A stretch of DNA of 64,000 bases. Source: Phoronis australis (lineage: Eukaryota > Animalia > Phoronida). The translations under genes and the position numbers were made by a program. The stretch spans positions 31,030-95,029 of the forward strand of contig NMRA01000574.1 of NCBI GenBank assembly GCA_002633005.1. Direction: 5' to 3'. This document shows, one piece after another, positions 11,173 through 24,200 of the stretch (its first letter is position 1; each line of letters begins with the position of its first letter). Under the pieces are notes generated by a model. The model ran no database searches, had not been told where the DNA came from, and saw only the letters and a program-made list of their open reading frames with translations.

Positions 11173-12266
11173 GTAAGTGATGGCTGAGGCATGCACATCA
11201 CAGTCTGTCTGTCTGGGGTAAGGGGATCTGAGGTGGGTGCGACTGGCTGCACAGTCTATTAGCCTGGAGTAAGTGGTGGCTGATGTTGGGTTGGAACTGT
11301 ATGGCTGCCTGTGAACCTGTGGTAAGGGAGCTTAGGTGGTGTACTTTCCTGTCTGGATGGAATGAGCGTAGCCCCGTTCCAGCTGTCTGTATGCGGTTGA
11401 CTTCATGTAGTTGACTAAGCGTGATAAGTGTCGTTACTTTCGCATTGAAAAAGGGATATAGAGAATACTTAAAGTACTGCTTGCTTGTTATTTTGTTACT
11501 ATTCTGTACGTACTGAATTTTCTAAGTATCCTGTGTGTAGTATAATATGAAGACAAGCGCGTAGTGGGTAGGATATTAAGGTTTGTGTGAGTGTTGCTCA
11601 TTTACTACAAACCAACACCAGCATAGTATACGTGATGTTGAGGGTGATCAGTGTGGGTGAGGGGCTTTGAAGGGGGGAAGCATCCTCAACGCAGTATTGT
11701 AGTCTAAAGTAGAGTTTCGTAGAGGGCGATGTTTGAGGGTTTAAGTAATTGCCTGGTGGTCACAGATAAATATTTTGTGCATAAGAGTAATTAATACCTG
11801 AACATCCGATCACAAAAAAATTTGTTTATTCATTCTTCATCTGTTGAGAATCAATAAAATCACAAACATGGCTGTGCTGTTGACGAGAGTTGATGCTTGC
11901 CTATGGAGCTTCTTGCTGGAAATATTTTGCAATGACTTTGCTGTACAAATTGTTCAATTGTCATTAGTCCACCTAAGTTAAGTCCATTCACGTTTCAGCT
12001 TGTTTTTAACTAACTGTTCATTGCCAAAACATGAATTTTGAATCCCCAATAAGTGAAAAACCTGTGTTCATGCCTTGCAACATCATTCAATCTTCATAAT
12101 CACTTTAACATTTTTCAGGCTATGTATAATAAGCCCTTGCATAGGGGTGAAATTAGAAATTTTGACAATGTAATTGAAAAGAGATTGTTGTCATATAGCT
12201 TCACACATCCATGTTAGAAACCTATGAGAGACCTCTGTTATCATTCTGATTTTTGTTGGTCTTCAG

Positions 12267-12434
12267 TTCCAAGAGGCCACCACCAGGTGGCGGTGGGCTG
12301 GGTAGTGTGCTGGGTAAGATTGGCAAGAAGGCAAAAATCAGCACGCTGGAGAAGTCGAAGTTGGACTGGAACTCTTTTAAAAAGGAGGAGGGAATTGACG
12401 AGGAGTTACAGATCCATAACAGGGGCAAGTCTGG
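12267..12434 (+). CDS. CFDP1: CFDP1/BCNT exon 5 (BCNT domain, first part)
   Basis: cttcag| ... |gtacgt; [47 protein letters not shown] is the BCNT-C domain signature. Confidence 0.96.
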
Positions 12435-12748
12435 GTACGTAACTCAAGCCGTTAATAAGGGTCTTGCACATGGAGTATGGTCTCATCGAGCACCACATTT
12501 TGGTGTTACCTTGGTTATTGATTTAAGACTGTGTGATCCATTCCAGAACAAAGTGTGTTTGTGGTAACCCGAAGCCAATTTGCTATGAACTTCGCAGTCA
12601 TTTCAGGTTGTACAATATATTGTTTTTATTTTTAAAGCTGTGCAAGTCTGGTTCTCTTCAAAGAGAAAGTGCACATCATGCAAAGTGAACTTCCTTTTTG
12701 CATTAACTACAGTTATATTGAGAGACGGGCGTTTTGCATTAATTACAG

Positions 12749-12845
12749 TTATATCGAGAGACAGGCATTTCTGCAGAGGGCGGACCTGAGACAGTTTGAA
12801 ATTGAAAAGGAGCTACGACAAGCAGCCTCCAAGAAGCTAGTCTGA
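12749..12845 (+). CDS. CFDP1: CFDP1/BCNT last coding exon
   Basis: ttacag|T TAT ATC GAG...: (G)YIERQAFLQRADLRQFEIEKELRQAASKKLV* resembles vertebrate [24 protein letters not shown]. An alternative in-frame acceptor lies at 12713. Confidence 0.93.
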
Positions 12846-13929
12846 CCAGGTGGCGCTAGTGTGTGAAGAAGATTTTGAAGACCGTTCATCTCAACTCAGA
12901 TGCTCTTTTACTAACACGCGTGACAGACTTTGTACAATGGCTTTTGTTATTGTTAAGCAAAGGTTTCAACTTTGTTGTCAGTGTGAAGTAAAGGTACAAA
13001 TTGCAGTAGAAAAGACGGAGGACCACACTACAAGTGACGACCACATTACAATGTGACAGGCTCATAATGTCCCTAGCCAGCTGTACTCTATGCAATTTGA
13101 TGTCATTACAGCAAATCTGTGTTAGGTCTCACAAAACATTTTGGATAAGTCAGGAGTGATTGGTTGTAACGCAATTCAACTACGTTGTCATCTGCCATCT
13201 CAAAAAAGAATTTTCGTGTTGAATTACGTTCTGTGTCATTCTGGTGGCAGCAACTTCATGACTCATTTCAGTTAAACGTAGATTATAAGTTTCCTTTGAG
13301 AGGTCTAGTAGAGTAACAACGCAGTCGCACGAAGTCACCCGATGCCAATGTGTTAACGGCTGTTATTTTGTTACCCCAGGTCCAAACTTTTTACAGCATA
13401 ATTCACGAGAAGGAAACACACCAAGAGCCTGGCCATTCACTTTGAAACAACATTCAGTTTTCAAAAAATGTCATTTACCATGTTAGAAAATAGATATAGC
13501 ATTGTGGCTTGTGCTGGACTAGATTGATCAGGATGTTGGCCAATTATAGCCCTCTTGAGACACTAATATGTTGGAGAAACGAAAAGAATGAAACTCAAGT
13601 GGCTTTGTTTTGAATATGAACACATATCTGTGGAAATACAATGTTTATTTTACTTTGACAGTGGTGCGCTCAATGGCAGCAATGATGTAATTTTTGGATT
13701 AATTTGTAGAACAATGTCCAAATTTGGCTAACTTCAGAGCATCAGATATCAGATGTTCGGATTCATGTGAAACTTTCCGATACAAAGCTTCGTGCATTGT
13801 TCTGCGAATTAGTAATTGTTTTTAAAATTTTAATTTTTTTGCATGAGTTTTCATCAATATTAGGACTTTAAAAACTCATGAAAATACTCAAAAGTTGCAT
13901 CAGATGACAAGGAAACTGGAAAACCGGAA

Positions 13930-14160
13930 CTGAAGTGTTTTTGAGATTTCATCTTGAGCACTTAATTTAATGAAATTTATCCATGTTATCAGTACCATTG
14001 TTTTGTATCAATGTATCTTGACTTTTTCTTAAATTTTTGCTAAAAATGACCCAATTAACGGCAGATAGGTAAAAATTATAAATCAAATTGTAATGGCTTT
14101 CTAGTTTCATAAACTTTATACTTTTATTGAGTTAAAATCTACAGTTTTGTAGATATTTAT
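13930..14160 (+). repeat. Interspersed repeat fragment (second copy ~51190-51416)
   Basis: Shared blocks gtgtttttgagatt..catcttg, ccaattaacggcagat / ccagttaatggcagat, and tgagttaaaatcta.agttt.g.agatattt. Confidence 0.7.
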
Positions 14161-14789
14161 CTACGAGATCTTACATAACCGGATAGTTGGCATATCTGGA
14201 CTGAGTTAATATTTGCTGGCATAGCCTACGTGAGTGGAATCAAAGAGATGCATCAGTTTTTTGCAAACCGTCTCATCAGTCGAAACTTGATATCAATGCA
14301 CAGACCATTTGGCGTGAATAAGCTGTGAATTGAGCAGTGTAAACACTTATTGAAATGGATACATAAACCTACCTTCCATCATGAAAGCTTTTGATTTGGA
14401 CCACTTTCCGTTATGAAATTGGTCTCTAATTGTCACTTAGTCAAATTGGAGGTGAATTCAGAACTTCAGAAGAACTGGCAGTTGCTTGAGATCATGTTCT
14501 TCGTGTTGGTTCGTCACGCTGTGTCATTTTGGTCTCTTAGTATGATCACATTTTAAGTGGCTTACAAGTATCTGAAAGAAGTCCTTAAAATTCACACTTC
14601 GCGTTTTTATCGAAACTGCAATGCCTATACAGAGACTTACTTAAAAACAGATGTCACAAAATACTGTTACATATTACTTTGCATCATTTTGGCGAAAGTT
14701 TTCTGTTCCACTCGTCCTGGTCACAAAATTGCAGAAAGCTTACAGTTTTGATGGCTTATTTGCGAAGTTACAATTCACTGCCTCATCAC

Positions 14790-14978
14790 AATTGACCTAT
14801 GGCCAGGATTTTGAGTGACTGCTTATCTGACCAATTAGAACGCATCATTGTTGACACACCTTCGTTTCCAAGCAGCCATTTTACCTGACCAACAACACCT
14901 TGCTGGGTAAAACTTATTGTTTGTCAGGTGTCACGTGACTTTTCGCAAGGGGGCAGAGTTTGTGATAGGTCAGTTGGG
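14790..14978. mobile_element. Small TIR-type repeat (related end at 60821-60859, inverted)
   Basis: aattgacctat ... ataggtcagtt inverted ends; tttcgcaagggggcagagtttgtgataggtca resembles the reverse complement of 60821-60859. Confidence 0.5.
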
Positions 14979-15391
14979 GAAACTTGGCCTTATCCAAGCT
15001 CTGGCAAAAAATCTGGAAATGACAATTGCTGTTGCAGATTATTCAGCGAATCGTCAGACTGTAGTTCGACTAGCGCTATTTGGATATGCTTACTTTACAT
15101 TCACAAGGAAAAGAGTAGATAATAGTTTGACTTATGCCTCAGTGGCCTGAAAATTCGTTAACTTTTCTCCTTTACATTCAACTTGTTATGTGCCGTATTC
15201 TTGCTAAACACGAGTTATGGTTACTGGCAATTTGAAATTTTGAGGGCTATATAATTAAAACTTTGCCAATAGTGAATGGAACTGGACTGTGGAATACAGT
15301 TAGAACGCCCTTGCATTACCACGAAGCGAAAAATATTTAAGAATTGTGCAATGGATGTTTGCATGTTATTGTCTACTATCTAGGTGTTTAT

Positions 15392-15397
15392 AATAAA
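15392..15397 (+). terminator. Candidate CFDP1 poly(A) signal
   Basis: AATAAA followed by GT/T-rich sequence about 2.5 kb after the stop codon; positional inference only. Confidence 0.3.
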
Positions 15398-16910
15398 ATG
15401 TAACTTTTTACAAGTCATTTATGATTCAGTGTCGTAAACATTACACTTCAATATGAATACTTGTTGGGTTTTCTCTGATAGGTCACCATCCACACAGGAA
15501 TTTACAGCAACAAATACTTGTGGGTTTCCCCAACTGAGAACGAGATATCGGACAAGGTTGCCGTTGTGCATCAAGTAGCATTATGCTAAATATAGAGCCC
15601 TTCAGGTGGAAATCGAGCATCGGGGTCTTACGAACCGCAAATGGGTTGCCAATATGCAGTAACAGCACCGCGACTGCGAGGGAAAGGAGGTTACAATCTG
15701 CCTCGTTTTGTATATCTTGCACGAGAAATGCTGCTGAAATACGTCCTAGTACTCAGTAACTGCAGAACATTAAACAGTTAGATCTTGTTTCTCCCAAAAA
15801 AAGCAAGATTTCACAAAACTTCGAAAAATCACACGAGTGAAAAGCCAGTGTTTTTGGAGTATACTCTAGAGCTTATTAGCCTGTCCTTGCAAAATAGCGA
15901 CCACAGAAGTGATTGGTCGACGAGGTTTGAGTGTATAATTATAGGATTGAATTCAATATTTCCATGCCGTTATTGAACATTTTTCACTGTAAGCAAGTTG
16001 GCTTGTGGCCTATGGAATTCAACCATGCATTGCACTGTCATTTGTTCAAGCAAAAAATGTGTCAAAATTCCTTCTCGTTCAAAAAACAGCAAAATTTGTT
16101 AGAAAAAATTTTTGTACCCGATAATTTGCAGTTTTTATTTTCGTTTCATCATAACTTCTAATGAAGCCAGACGAATGTTACATGCCCGAACAGCTGAAGA
16201 AAAATTAGTTTCAGATGAGATTCTGTCAACTCAATTTGAAAACTAGTCTTATCTCTTGAATTGGAATTTGATGAATGACCCAAGATCCCATCTGTGAACA
16301 AAGAAGTGAACTATATACTTAGTGTCTCACTCAACATTTTTTTGTTTTAAGTGTAGAACTAACACGTGGATAATTTTGAGTTCCATGGCCAATTTTCAAG
16401 TCTGAGCTTATAGTAAATTTTTAAAACAGTTGGCACGAAACATGGATGTCTTCAATGTATTTTTTTGAGTTTCATTTACTACTCGACCTCAATTATCAAT
16501 AAATGTACACGTTTTTTGGTTCACTAACTTAGAAACTGATGTATAGTTCAGACCTAAGCCGTTTAACTTTCTAACCTGGTTAAAAGGTTAACTCCTGGTG
16601 TGAACACATTAAATCATTAATAGAATTACAACTGTAGCGAGGTTGTAACCCGCTGTAAGTCATTGCCCTTAGTTTTGTACTGAGACAATCACAATGGCAT
16701 TGACCTCTGACCAGAAAACCCAGCAACTTTTAGTTTTAACTGTTGCAATGACCAGCATGAACAATAGCAATTTTAATTGGTAGTTAAAACTTTGATGTAA
16801 GTTATAACTATGGAAAAGTAAACCTGGGTTACTTTTATGTGAACACAACATCAGTTTGTGACTTCTGTCAAGAATATGAGTATATCAGAGTTATGATAAA
16901 TTCTAGAAGT

Positions 16911-16916
16911 TTTATT
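16911..16916 (-). terminator. Candidate Cas poly(A) signal
   Basis: AATAAA on the minus strand after an AT-rich 3'-UTR-like stretch about 2 kb past the stop codon; positional inference only. Confidence 0.35.
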
Positions 16917-18962
16917 AAAAATTTTCAACCATTTACAACAATTCAACAATCAGTAAAAGTAGAGTTAATGCAATTAACAAAATGAAATAAACCAATATAT
17001 AATAATATACAAACACAATCGATGGTGTATAGACATTTGATTTTAGTCTCATGGAAGCAATGACGTGTAAATTAATATTTACAGCAAAATGTAAAAGCCT
17101 GCCTACGTTACGATTTACAAAAACATTGCTTACATGCCATTTTCATAGTCTAGTAAAACATTTTTTCATGTCCATTAATAGGTATACACTGAAAAGCAGC
17201 ACATTTTCATGTACATTGCGATTGGCTTGAAAGTGGAAAACAATCTGCAGGAGTGACCCCAGTAAATTACTGTATACAAAAGATCCCTTGGTCGAATTAT
17301 AGCAAACTGATACAAAAGCTTCAGGCTGCAATACCTTTGAAAAAAAATGTTTTGGGTGCAACTATTTGATTTGTTTTTTAATACAGCAGTTAATGTTCCT
17401 AAATTACACATGACAAAAACATGGATGAAGTAGAGTTCACTGATGGCTTCAGCTCGACTTGTGATAAAACTCAAACAAGTCGAATATACGTGCCTATTTT
17501 TTCGCTCACTCTGGGAGAATCGAACTAATGCAAGTTTTGCAGTGAGTTTGAAACTTTGGCTCAACTTAATTAGCACTCCACAGGGCTTTGAGAAGTACGT
17601 ACAACAATAAACTACCAGACGGGTGTTATCCTGGCATTTCACAAATAAGTCTTGGTTGGGTAAAACATCCAAATCTCGAAACCATGGACAGTTGTGGAAA
17701 TCACCCAACACTCCATCTACTCAATTCATGGAAAACAATGGAATGCAAAAAATTAAGCTTAATAATGTGGTTTGGTAAAATTTCCTTAAATGCGAAGAAA
17801 ATGTTGTTCTCAAATTGTCTTCTTTGATTTTTTAAACGCTTACTAAATTGCCAAAAATGATCAAGATTTCATCTTGTGTTTGTTGATGACGGCTACTCTA
17901 TATGAAGTTTTGCTCTTGACAATTTGATTAAATAAAATTCTACTGTTCCAGGATACTATGTAGTAATTTAAATAAACTTAAACGTAATTATATAACACGT
18001 GAGAGTATATGTCTTAACTAATGAATTAAAGGTTTCAGAATTAAACAGTGAACTTTGGGGAAAGGAAGCATGTGAAGGCATAACAAGTAAATTGGGATAT
18101 TGATTGAACAGTCTAGGCATAATTTGCAGTCATCTGTCTGGACAGCCCACGCATCTCATACAATCTGCTTTGCAAGCCAATCTTTACGAACACTGCTTGT
18201 ATGTCACAATCAAATAATCAAATCTCACAAAGGACAAACAAATATTTCAACTCGTTTCCCCGGACAGTTACAATCTTGGCAAATGTTCAATTGACTAGAT
18301 GAATAAGAAATACAGCTGAAGATAACCACTATCTCCAAAAAGCACTCTTGGAGCTACATCTATAGTGACATTGTGCAAAGATTGTACAGGCGGTTTCAAA
18401 AAGATGCGTTTGTCATATAGAAATAGCAATTTCAAATTGTATTCATTTTCGAACGTCCAGTATTTTTACTGAAAAAATGAACGCATTTTCTACATGTATG
18501 TAAAAGAAAATCTTTGAAATCTGCTTAAATATTTGACTCTTTTACAAACTAATAGTCACACAAAATGTCATTTAACATGTTCAGAGATTAACAAATGATT
18601 TGCAAGTACAATGTTACTCAAGATGCCAAGGAACACGTCTTGTGAAGCTTCAAAAGGAAATATAATGGAACCGTTTACCACAACATGGTAAAGAGGAAAC
18701 ATAAAAACATTAACATCTGCCTTTAGACTGACAATATGAACTTCACACTGTGACCCCAAAACCATAACCAAATTAAACACTTTTTCTTCTGAAGCTAGAC
18801 CATTTCAGTTAACTCTTTCCATGAAGCAATGGATTTGAACTTCATTTCAAACCAGACATGCTACAAAATATCCATGCCTATGAAGAAAGTTAAAAAACAA
18901 CACAGAATAAAAGTGTGCACTATGGAAGCATGACCATAAATCGCCACTAGGAGTCGCTACTA

Positions 18963-21281
18963 CTATAACGCAGCAGCCTGCGAGATGACCAACTTGAGTT
19001 CGTTGGCAGCATGCGACACCCCCACAATTTGGTCCACCATCTCTTGCACTGCCACGACGGCTGGGTACTGCAGCGCCGCCGTCTTGGTGGCGTTCACAGT
19101 CACCTTCAGACAGTCACACAGGTAGTTGGCGCAGTGCATAATCTTCTGGCGCACGTCTGCGTGCAACACATTCCTGTGTAGTGTATCACCGATGAACACC
19201 AGCTTGTGTGCCGCCAACACCACGTACTTGCTGTTGGCAATGAATGTCTTTGGCGGCTGATTAGACTCGATGGCGCTAAAAAAGTTGTCAATGGCTAGCG
19301 ACAGCGTAGCGCAGTGTGGCTCCATCTGTTGAGAGTAGAACACCAACAACTGTTTGTCGTTTGCTTCCAGGACTGTCGGTCGGTCAGACAGCGCGACAGA
19401 AGTGAAGTCACTCCTCACGGGAGCTTTGATGCCTTGTTCAAGTTTTTCCAGGGTAGCATTCTGTTCATCCAGCAGTTTCCTGTCAAATTCACGTTTATAT
19501 TTTTTTTGCTCTTCAATGTCTTTCTGTTGTAGTTCGACGTAGTCATACTCCTCGAATAACTGATTGTTTGCATAGTCAGTGTCACTGGTTTCGTCGCCGT
19601 CCAGTAGGTTCTCGCTACTATCCGATTTAAGTCTACGAGGTTTCCCATCCCGTTCTGGAGTGAGACGTTCGATTTTTGGACCCTTAGGAGTTGACGTCAA
19701 CTGCCTGTGATTTGGTGTACTAGTCTTAGAGCCAGGAGTTTCTGGTAGTGGTCTTTGAGCACTGGGTGGCGTAGGCAGTGGTCGGTCCTGCATGGCAAAT
19801 GACTTATCCGGGGTGCTCATATTGCTAGTATTCAAGTTGGGTTTTGGTTTAAGTGTGGGCTTGTTACCACCAGGTGGCGATGGAAGAGGCCTATCCTGGG
19901 CTGAACTCCTGTTTAATGTTGAACGTTTAAACAACAAAGAGCCATTGCCTTGTATCAACGATGTCAACTTACGATTGCTATCCGACAGTAGTCGGACAGC
20001 GTTGACAATTTTGCCGAGATAGTCTTCGCTCGATTCACCAGTGACATCAACCAACGCATTTAGGTTCCAACTGCCCAACAACATCATATTCTTGCTGATG
20101 GTTTGCAGACATTCCTGCAGTGGTTGTAGCTGTTTTGACAGTTTATGGAACAGTGACTTGTCTGCCGCCTTGGTCGAGTTTGCTAATGCCCCCTGGGCAA
20201 AGTCTACGTACTCTTGCAAGGCGGTCTTGACACCCATGCAAGCCTGCCGAATGTCAGCGAGGCGGGGCTCCAGATTCTCACGTTTACGCCATGTGGCAGT
20301 CACATGACTGAGCAGCCTGTTGGTAGCCATTTGTACATCCTGTTGGAGGTGAAGTAGAAGGTCCATCGCACTGTCCAAGTTCATTGGGAGCTCTTCGAAC
20401 GTGCAAAGAATATCAGAGCCACGTGAGTCGTTACTCGAGCTCGACAGACGCTTGCTGTCTGCATTGTCGAGGTAAACACGTGAGTCTGGAATTGGGTCTG
20501 TATCTCTAGACACCATGGGAGGAACATCGTACACGCACTCGTTGTCCCGCTCAGGACTTGGTGATAACCTCTGTTTATTGGGCGAAATGGTCAACAGAGA
20601 ACTATTCTGTGGGCTGTCGTAAATATCGCCCCTTATGCCATCCCACTTAGTTGGCAACGAGTTGTATTTTTCAGTTTCCACAACCTTTGAATAACTTTTT
20701 GGAGTGTCGTAATCGTCAACATAGTCCGACGACACCCGTGACTTGGATAACACAGGAGGACTGTCATATATGTCCTGTTCTTTCACCACAGCCCGGCACG
20801 ACGCTGGCACATCATAGATGTCTTGAGGATGTAACTCAGAACTTGATCGAGCTGAGCCACAAACACTAGGCGGATTGGAAGAACCTGGCACACTCATGCT
20901 GGATACTGTACTCGACATAGTCACATTAGAACCACTAGACAACATTGACACGGTGCTCGAGCGATTCGATGGAAGAATGTGTTCCTGCTCCGCATTCACA
21001 ATCATCAGCTGCGCAGGAGGCACGTCGTAAATGTCCTGGGTCTCACCGACACCGCTGTCGCGTTCTGCAGGAGTAACTCTGGTAACGACCTCTGGCGACC
21101 TCCCGCGCGACGATGGGGGCGTGTCATACACATCCTCCAACTGCAGTTTGTTATTATTCAGTCTCTGTGGAGAGTCATAGATGTCGCTCGGGAAATACCT
21201 CGATGGAGGAACATCATAGTCCTCACCGCCATTGTTTTGATTGTAGATGTAAACATCACCCATTTTGCACGGTGTAATCAC
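18963..21281 (-). CDS. BCAR1: Cas-family adaptor (p130Cas/BCAR1-NEDD9 orthologue), large 3' exon: substrate domain, Ser-rich four-helix bundle, Src-binding region, C-terminal FAT-like domain
   Basis: ttgcag|GTG ATT ACA CCG gives (K)VITPCKMGDVYIY, like NEDD9 KVITPVRTGHGYVY. Also nine YDxP motifs, RPLPSPP, EEYDYVEL (cf. YDYVHL), and NQPPKTFIANSKYVVLAAHKLVFIGDTL...TKTAALQYP of the Cas C-terminal domain; TAG stop at 18963-18965. Confidence 0.97.
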   Translation of the reverse strand: MITPCKMGDVYIYNQNNGGEDYDVPPSRYFPSDIYDSPQRLNNNKLQLEDVYDTPPSSRGRSPEVVTRVTPAERDSGVGETQDIYDVPPAQLMIVNAEQEHILPSNRSSTVSMLSSGSNVTMSSTVSSMSVPGSSNPPSVCGSARSSSELHPQDIYDVPASCRAVVKEQDIYDSPPVLSKSRVSSDYVDDYDTPKSYSKVVETEKYNSLPTKWDGIRGDIYDSPQNSSLLTISPNKQRLSPSPERDNECVYDVPPMVSRDTDPIPDSRVYLDNADSKRLSSSSNDSRGSDILCTFEELPMNLDSAMDLLLHLQQDVQMATNRLLSHVTATWRKRENLEPRLADIRQACMGVKTALQEYVDFAQGALANSTKAADKSLFHKLSKQLQPLQECLQTISKNMMLLGSWNLNALVDVTGESSEDYLGKIVNAVRLLSDSNRKLTSLIQGNGSLLFKRSTLNRSSAQDRPLPSPPGGNKPTLKPKPNLNTSNMSTPDKSFAMQDRPLPTPPSAQRPLPETPGSKTSTPNHRQLTSTPKGPKIERLTPERDGKPRRLKSDSSENLLDGDETSDTDYANNQLFEEYDYVELQQKDIEEQKKYKREFDRKLLDEQNATLEKLEQGIKAPVRSDFTSVALSDRPTVLEANDKQLLVFYSQQMEPHCATLSLAIDNFFSAIESNQPPKTFIANSKYVVLAAHKLVFIGDTLHRNVLHADVRQKIMHCANYLCDCLKVTVNATKTAALQYPAVVAVQEMVDQIVGVSHAANELKLVISQAAAL

Positions 21282-24200
21282 CTGCAATAGAAACGAACAA
21301 TATTATACTATATTATGTTTGTCATAAATCCAATACCTTTTATAACTTTGAACATACATCCCACGATTTCTAATTTCAGGCAGGCAAGATAAAAATGTAA
21401 ACAGACTACAACGAATCAATAAAGTCGTGCGTGCGTTATCTTGAGAGTCGGACAATAACAAATCTGTTCCTTTGGTGTTCTACAGTTCCTATGTATACAG
21501 CAACACTAGCACTAAAGAAATGAGAAAAACCCTGATCCATCATTACAACACCTCGGAAAACGTACAAACAACAGACAGTACGTAACTCACAGCAAACACA
21601 GAGAGCAGAAAGAGAGAACGTTTTAGATCTTTTTTATAAGGACAAGTGTTATCACAGGTTCCGTCTCGGAAAAACCAAACCAATTTACAGAAACACAGAC
21701 CAACAAGCTCTCCAGAGAAATCCATCCTCAGATCTCAATGTCAACTAGAGCCCTTGAGCCTTGGCAGACAATTTGCTAAGACTTGGCAATGTCATTAGCT
21801 ATCTCCAAATGAGACTTGGGAGGGTTTCAGCAGAGAGCTATGAATCACACTATCAGAAGTAGATGCACAGTGACATATGTGCACAGACTGCAACTGTGTC
21901 TGTGTTTTCAAAGGTTGATGTCTTGCTTATCTTGGGGATTTTTTGTGCAGTAAATAACATCTTGAAGCAATTAACTAGGGAAACCCGCGCTGTGTAATAC
22001 TCAATACCATAAACTAAGATTAATCCACGCCCTCTGTTTGCCTACAACAAAACCTTGTCCGCTTTCGTTAACAAATAACCTCACTTGTACTGGTAGAAAT
22101 ATGCTAATGGGAAACATGAACGTTCAAGCCATTAGTTTTATCATAGAACAAGGTTAACCAGCCTGGTGTCGCGGAACCTTTGGATCCTCCACAGTATTTT
22201 TGTTTTAACGATTCCATAATAGTTAGCAGATCTTTCACACAAAGAAAAGGAACGACCTCAGAACTACCAGTACTGGTACCTTGAAGGTCACGCCAGCATC
22301 TCTTATAGCAGCAATGCCATTATAAGATACAAACCAAGATTTCGCCGATATTAAAACAATACTTGCCATGAAAAAACAAATGTTGACATTACAGTAGTGA
22401 ATCAGACGACTAAAACAATATTTTTTGCTTTTCCAGATGTACCATATATACTGCTACATGAATAATTCATCTTTAGAGATTGAAATACATACTCAAACAG
22501 ATAAGAATGAAAATAATTGGCCTCATCAAAGTCTGATAGGCATTATAGCCAACAGCAGGCGACATGATGAGACTAATCAACTGATTAGTCCCAAGTTGCC
22601 AATTCAATAGAAAATAGTATCCGCTCTTATTACATACCATGGAACCTTATAATTAAGGACACAATGTTGAACATCAGTATTGAAGATTGTTAAAATGTAT
22701 GTGACACTGGCCAAATGAATAGTACCTGCACTTAATGCATGTAGCGCAGTACTAAGGCTTACTCTCACCAATGTAGGACACGCTATGGAGTACAAGTGAG
22801 GTTTTGTTTTTTATTTCCCTAAAAGATGAATGCTTAAAAACGTAAATAGTTTATATCATATCTACCACCAGACACCATTTTGACTAACTGTGGGCATTCA
22901 CAATGTTAGGAGTCATTAAAAATGACAAGAAATAATTTCGGGAATTATTTTTTAATTTGTCCAAAATAAGTGAGATTTTGCCTTATACAAACCAATTTTA
23001 ACAAGGCTATCAATTTTTTGGTTTATATATGCACCAGCTATACTTCTTAAATATTTCTGTATCACAACCACCAATTACATTTTTCTCATTCACTATTTGT
23101 TTGGCCACAGATTCATGAGTCACATATCTCTAAAACTTATCAACATTTATTTAAAAAGAACACCAAGGCATCCACCAGCTTTAAAAATTTAATGTAGGAG
23201 ATGGTGATTAAAAAAAACAACGAATGACGAACATGTGATGACTCAGTCACCAATGAAACATAACCCAATGAGCTATAACAGACTTGTAAAAAACGATACA
23301 CACACAGCAAAAAAAAACATATCATTGAGGTGCCAACACCAACACAGTCATTCCACTAACTGACCTGAAACGTATCATTAAAGAAATCACTCCTAATCCT
23401 CAACCCACAGCCAGTGTTAGTCATAGCAGTGAAAACATCCAAGACACAAACACACAGCTCACTAAATGTCCACAAACTGTTTTCAAGCTTCTTTTATACA
23501 GGCTGCCAGGGGTTCCAGCGGGGACGTTACCAACACAAGTGTTTCTAGGCTGACCGCAATGAAACAGTCAACAAGACCTCAGAATACAAGGGGCAGGTCA
23601 GGTCTCCTGCAACATGTTATGGATGTAGAATGCTATGTTTACCAAGTGCTTCTGGATGACCGCCACATAACTGAGCAAGGCAAGGAATGTTGGTATCTGT
23701 CACCAGACAAGTTCCAGACAACTGCAGTAGACAGACAGCAAAAAGGAAGCCAAATGGTGAAATTCCAAAACCTGTAAGAGGAACTTCTTCCTTGAATAAC
23801 AAGTTAGGAATTGCCAAACACAAGAATTACATCGCATTCTCATCTAAAAAAAAGTACTACAACATAATAATGTTTCCCAGTTATTCCCACACTGCAAACA
23901 GTACAAGCCACTTGGTATGCCTAGAACAGGTGCTATCAATAGCCCTAGGCTACCAAAATATACCATTGCATACAGTACCCAACCACACCTCCTACACCAA
24001 CCAGAATGGGCAAAGACCTATGAGAGCATCAATGTCAACTCGAGACGTCAACACCAAAAAGGGATTTTTCTCCGGCACCAACACTCTGCAACAAACACCA
24101 CTTCCCGGGAATACAGCGCCCTCTCTGTTTCTGCACTGTTTACCCACAATGCTGCAGTTTGTTTGGTACTTGGCTTATTTGTTGACTGTTGAGACTGCTG

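Noticed and set aside
17143-17827. ORFs of 72-178 aa between CFDP1 and Cas
   Set aside because: No domain similarity is recognisable, composition is atypical, and the region is probably Cas 3' UTR.
19314-21290. Plus-strand ORFs overlapping the Cas exon
   Set aside because: Antisense shadows of the long coding exon.
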